Assembly: GCA_038212275.1 (NCBI GenBank)
Contig: JBBQUR010000004.1
Location: forward strand, 160,001-224,000
Origin: Planctomycetota bacterium
Lineage (GTDB): Bacteria > Planctomycetota > B15-G4
Direction: 5' to 3'
Length of the DNA: 64,000 bases
In this document: positions 62,572 to 64,000 of the stretch, piece by piece
How positions within the stretch are numbered: position 1 is the first letter of the stretch
How the letters are laid out: every line of letters starts with the position of its first letter
Translations under genes and position numbers: made by a program
Notes under the pieces: generated by a model
Databases searched by the model: none
The model's input: the letters and a program-made list of their open reading frames with translations, nothing else
Told to the model about the DNA's origin: nothing

Positions 62572-63648
62572 TCAGTTGCCGCCGAGGCCCTTGAGCAGGT
62601 CGCCCAGCGCGCCGCTGAAGTCATCGTCCGGGTTTCCGCTGCCATCGCCCGAGCCAGGACCGCTCTGGCCTCCATCGCCCTTCGAGCCACCGCCGCCGTT
62701 GCCTGGGGGGCCGCCGCCATTGGGGGTCTGATCGTCGGCATTGAGGACGCCATCCCCGTCGATGTCGTCGTCCAGTTCGTTCGGAATCCCGTCGTTGTCG
62801 ATGTCCGGATCCTTCGAGTCGGGGATGCCGTCGCCATCGGTGTCGTAGTTGGGATCTGCCGCGCCGCCGTCTCCTCCGAGCCCGACTCCCGTGAACGACG
62901 GCGGCAGCGCGTGAACGCGCATGGCCAGGTCGGAGTGCGGCGCCAGCGGAATCACGCGGTGGTAGTGGAGGGTGCGGCTGGCGCCGCCCTGCTTCCCGAG
63001 GTCTTCGGTGGTGCGTGCGACGGCCTGCAGGTTCAGCTCGATGTCCACCAGCGCGGGCAGCGCGTGGCGCTCGCTCGCGTCCCATGAGGTGAGTTTCTCG
63101 ACGGTCTTGTCCACCGTCTCCAGGTAGCGCACCTGGAAGCTCACGACGCGGTCGTGGATGAGCTCGTAGACGCCGTCCTCGAGCGGCTTCTCGTCCACGT
63201 GGAAGCTCTGGCGGCGCCACAGCTCCATGACGTCGGGATTCTTCGGGTTGGCGCGCAGGCGGTAGCCGGTCTCGCAGATGTCGGAGGAGATCTCGCGATC
63301 CTCCACGCGGCGCGTCACCGTGCTGTCGACCGTGGTGAGAAAGGACAGCCAGTCGGCCGGCTCGCCGTTCACCGTGCGGCTCTCACCCTTGAAGACCGCA
63401 TCGCCCTCGATGTTCATGATCCAGGCGCGGCGCAGGTCGCCCTCGATGATGTCGAGAATCTGGGGACCCAGCCGAGCCACCTGCGCCTCGATCTCCAGCT
63501 GGTCCCGCGTGCGCAGCGCCGTGTTCAGCGTGGTGTAGAGGGCCACCATGATGAGCGCCATGATCGCGAGCGCCACCATGACCTCGATGAGCGTGAAGCC
63601 GCGCGGCGAGCGCGCGGGGAGGCGGGACGTGTCATGGGGATGCTGCAT
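62572..63648 (-). CDS. GspJ/PulJ-like minor pseudopilin with C-terminal thrombospondin type-3-like repeats
   Basis: RGFTLIEVMVALAI; LP..V.IEL GspJ-like end; DTDGDG/DIDNDG/DIDGDG repeats. Confidence 0.82.
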   Translation of the reverse strand: MQHPHDTSRLPARSPRGFTLIEVMVALAIMALIMVALYTTLNTALRTRDQLEIEAQVARLGPQILDIIEGDLRRAWIMNIEGDAVFKGESRTVNGEPADWLSFLTTVDSTVTRRVEDREISSDICETGYRLRANPKNPDVMELWRRQSFHVDEKPLEDGVYELIHDRVVSFQVRYLETVDKTVEKLTSWDASERHALPALVDIELNLQAVARTTEDLGKQGGASRTLHYHRVIPLAPHSDLAMRVHALPPSFTGVGLGGDGGAADPNYDTDGDGIPDSKDPDIDNDGIPNELDDDIDGDGVLNADDQTPNGGGPPGNGGGGSKGDGGQSGPGSGDGSGNPDDDFSGALGDLLKGLGGN

Positions 63649-63651
63649 GCT

Positions 63652-64000
63652 TCATTGGCCTTTCAGGAGCGAATCGGCTTCGGGATCGACGGCGCGCGGC
63701 ACGAAGCCTTCCAGCGAGAGTTGTTCCTCGGACTCGCCTTCGAGGGACGGATAGAAAATGGTGACCTTCACGCGCCTGACCTTGTAGGCCTGGTTTTCGT
63801 CGGTTTCCGCGACGTTCGTCCCGCTGTCCGACGGCGCGAAGGCCGATTCGGTCGAGAAGTTGGTCGAGCCCGAGGCGTTGTCATGCGCCTGATCCTCGTC
63901 TTCGGTGCGACCGGTCGACAGGTCGAAGTTCTCGATGCTGATCTCGTAGCGGTAGACGGTGTCGTCCTCGATGACGCCTTCGCGTTCCTTCAGGGTCTCG
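63652..64000 (-). CDS. C-terminal part of a probable GspI/PilV-like pseudopilin (5'-truncated; not in the ORF track)
   Basis: Open frame ...YRYEISIE...KVRRVKVTIFYP...LSLEGFVP...KGQ*, ending 3 bp before the GspJ-like start. Confidence 0.6.
   Translation of the reverse strand, partial: ETLKEREGVIEDDTVYRYEISIENFDLSTGRTEDEDQAHDNASGSTNFSTESAFAPSDSGTNVAETDENQAYKVRRVKVTIFYPSLEGESEEQLSLEGFVPRAVDPEADSLLKGQ

Overview
High-GC (roughly 70% by eye) bacterial chromosome segment, densely coding, with about 55 genes. The gene content suggests Planctomycetota: a prepilin-type protein with an H-X9-DG motif, FG-GAP and CRTAC1/ASPIC proteins, and a rhomboid with a DUF6576-like tail. This taxonomic call is an inference. 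Most of the window is housekeeping: polA, asnS, epmA, uvrB, uvrC, xerD, DksA, lspA, pyrD, secA, waaA, metK, icd, pyk, dcd, sucCD, tatA, mobA, a polyprenyl synthase and serS. I saw no rRNA, tRNA, CRISPR array, IS element or prophage. The main candidates for new biology are: (1) a related C-terminal domain on two otherwise unrelated secreted proteins, possibly a sorting signal; (2) a tightly packed operon with two radical-SAM enzymes, a GT9, a GT-C/TPR protein, CRTAC1 and a TPR lipoprotein; (3) a STAS-PilZ fusion divergent from a GAF-PP2C phosphatase; (4) two apparent zinc-metallopeptidase folds that have lost HExxH; (5) a GspJ-like pseudopilin with Ca-binding repeats; (6) a DksA with a long basic tail; (7) probable leaderless or bidirectional promoters, and hairpin-plus-minisatellite spacers. 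All calls come from reading motifs by eye; no database searches were run. Several start codons were moved from the ORF track and are estimates.
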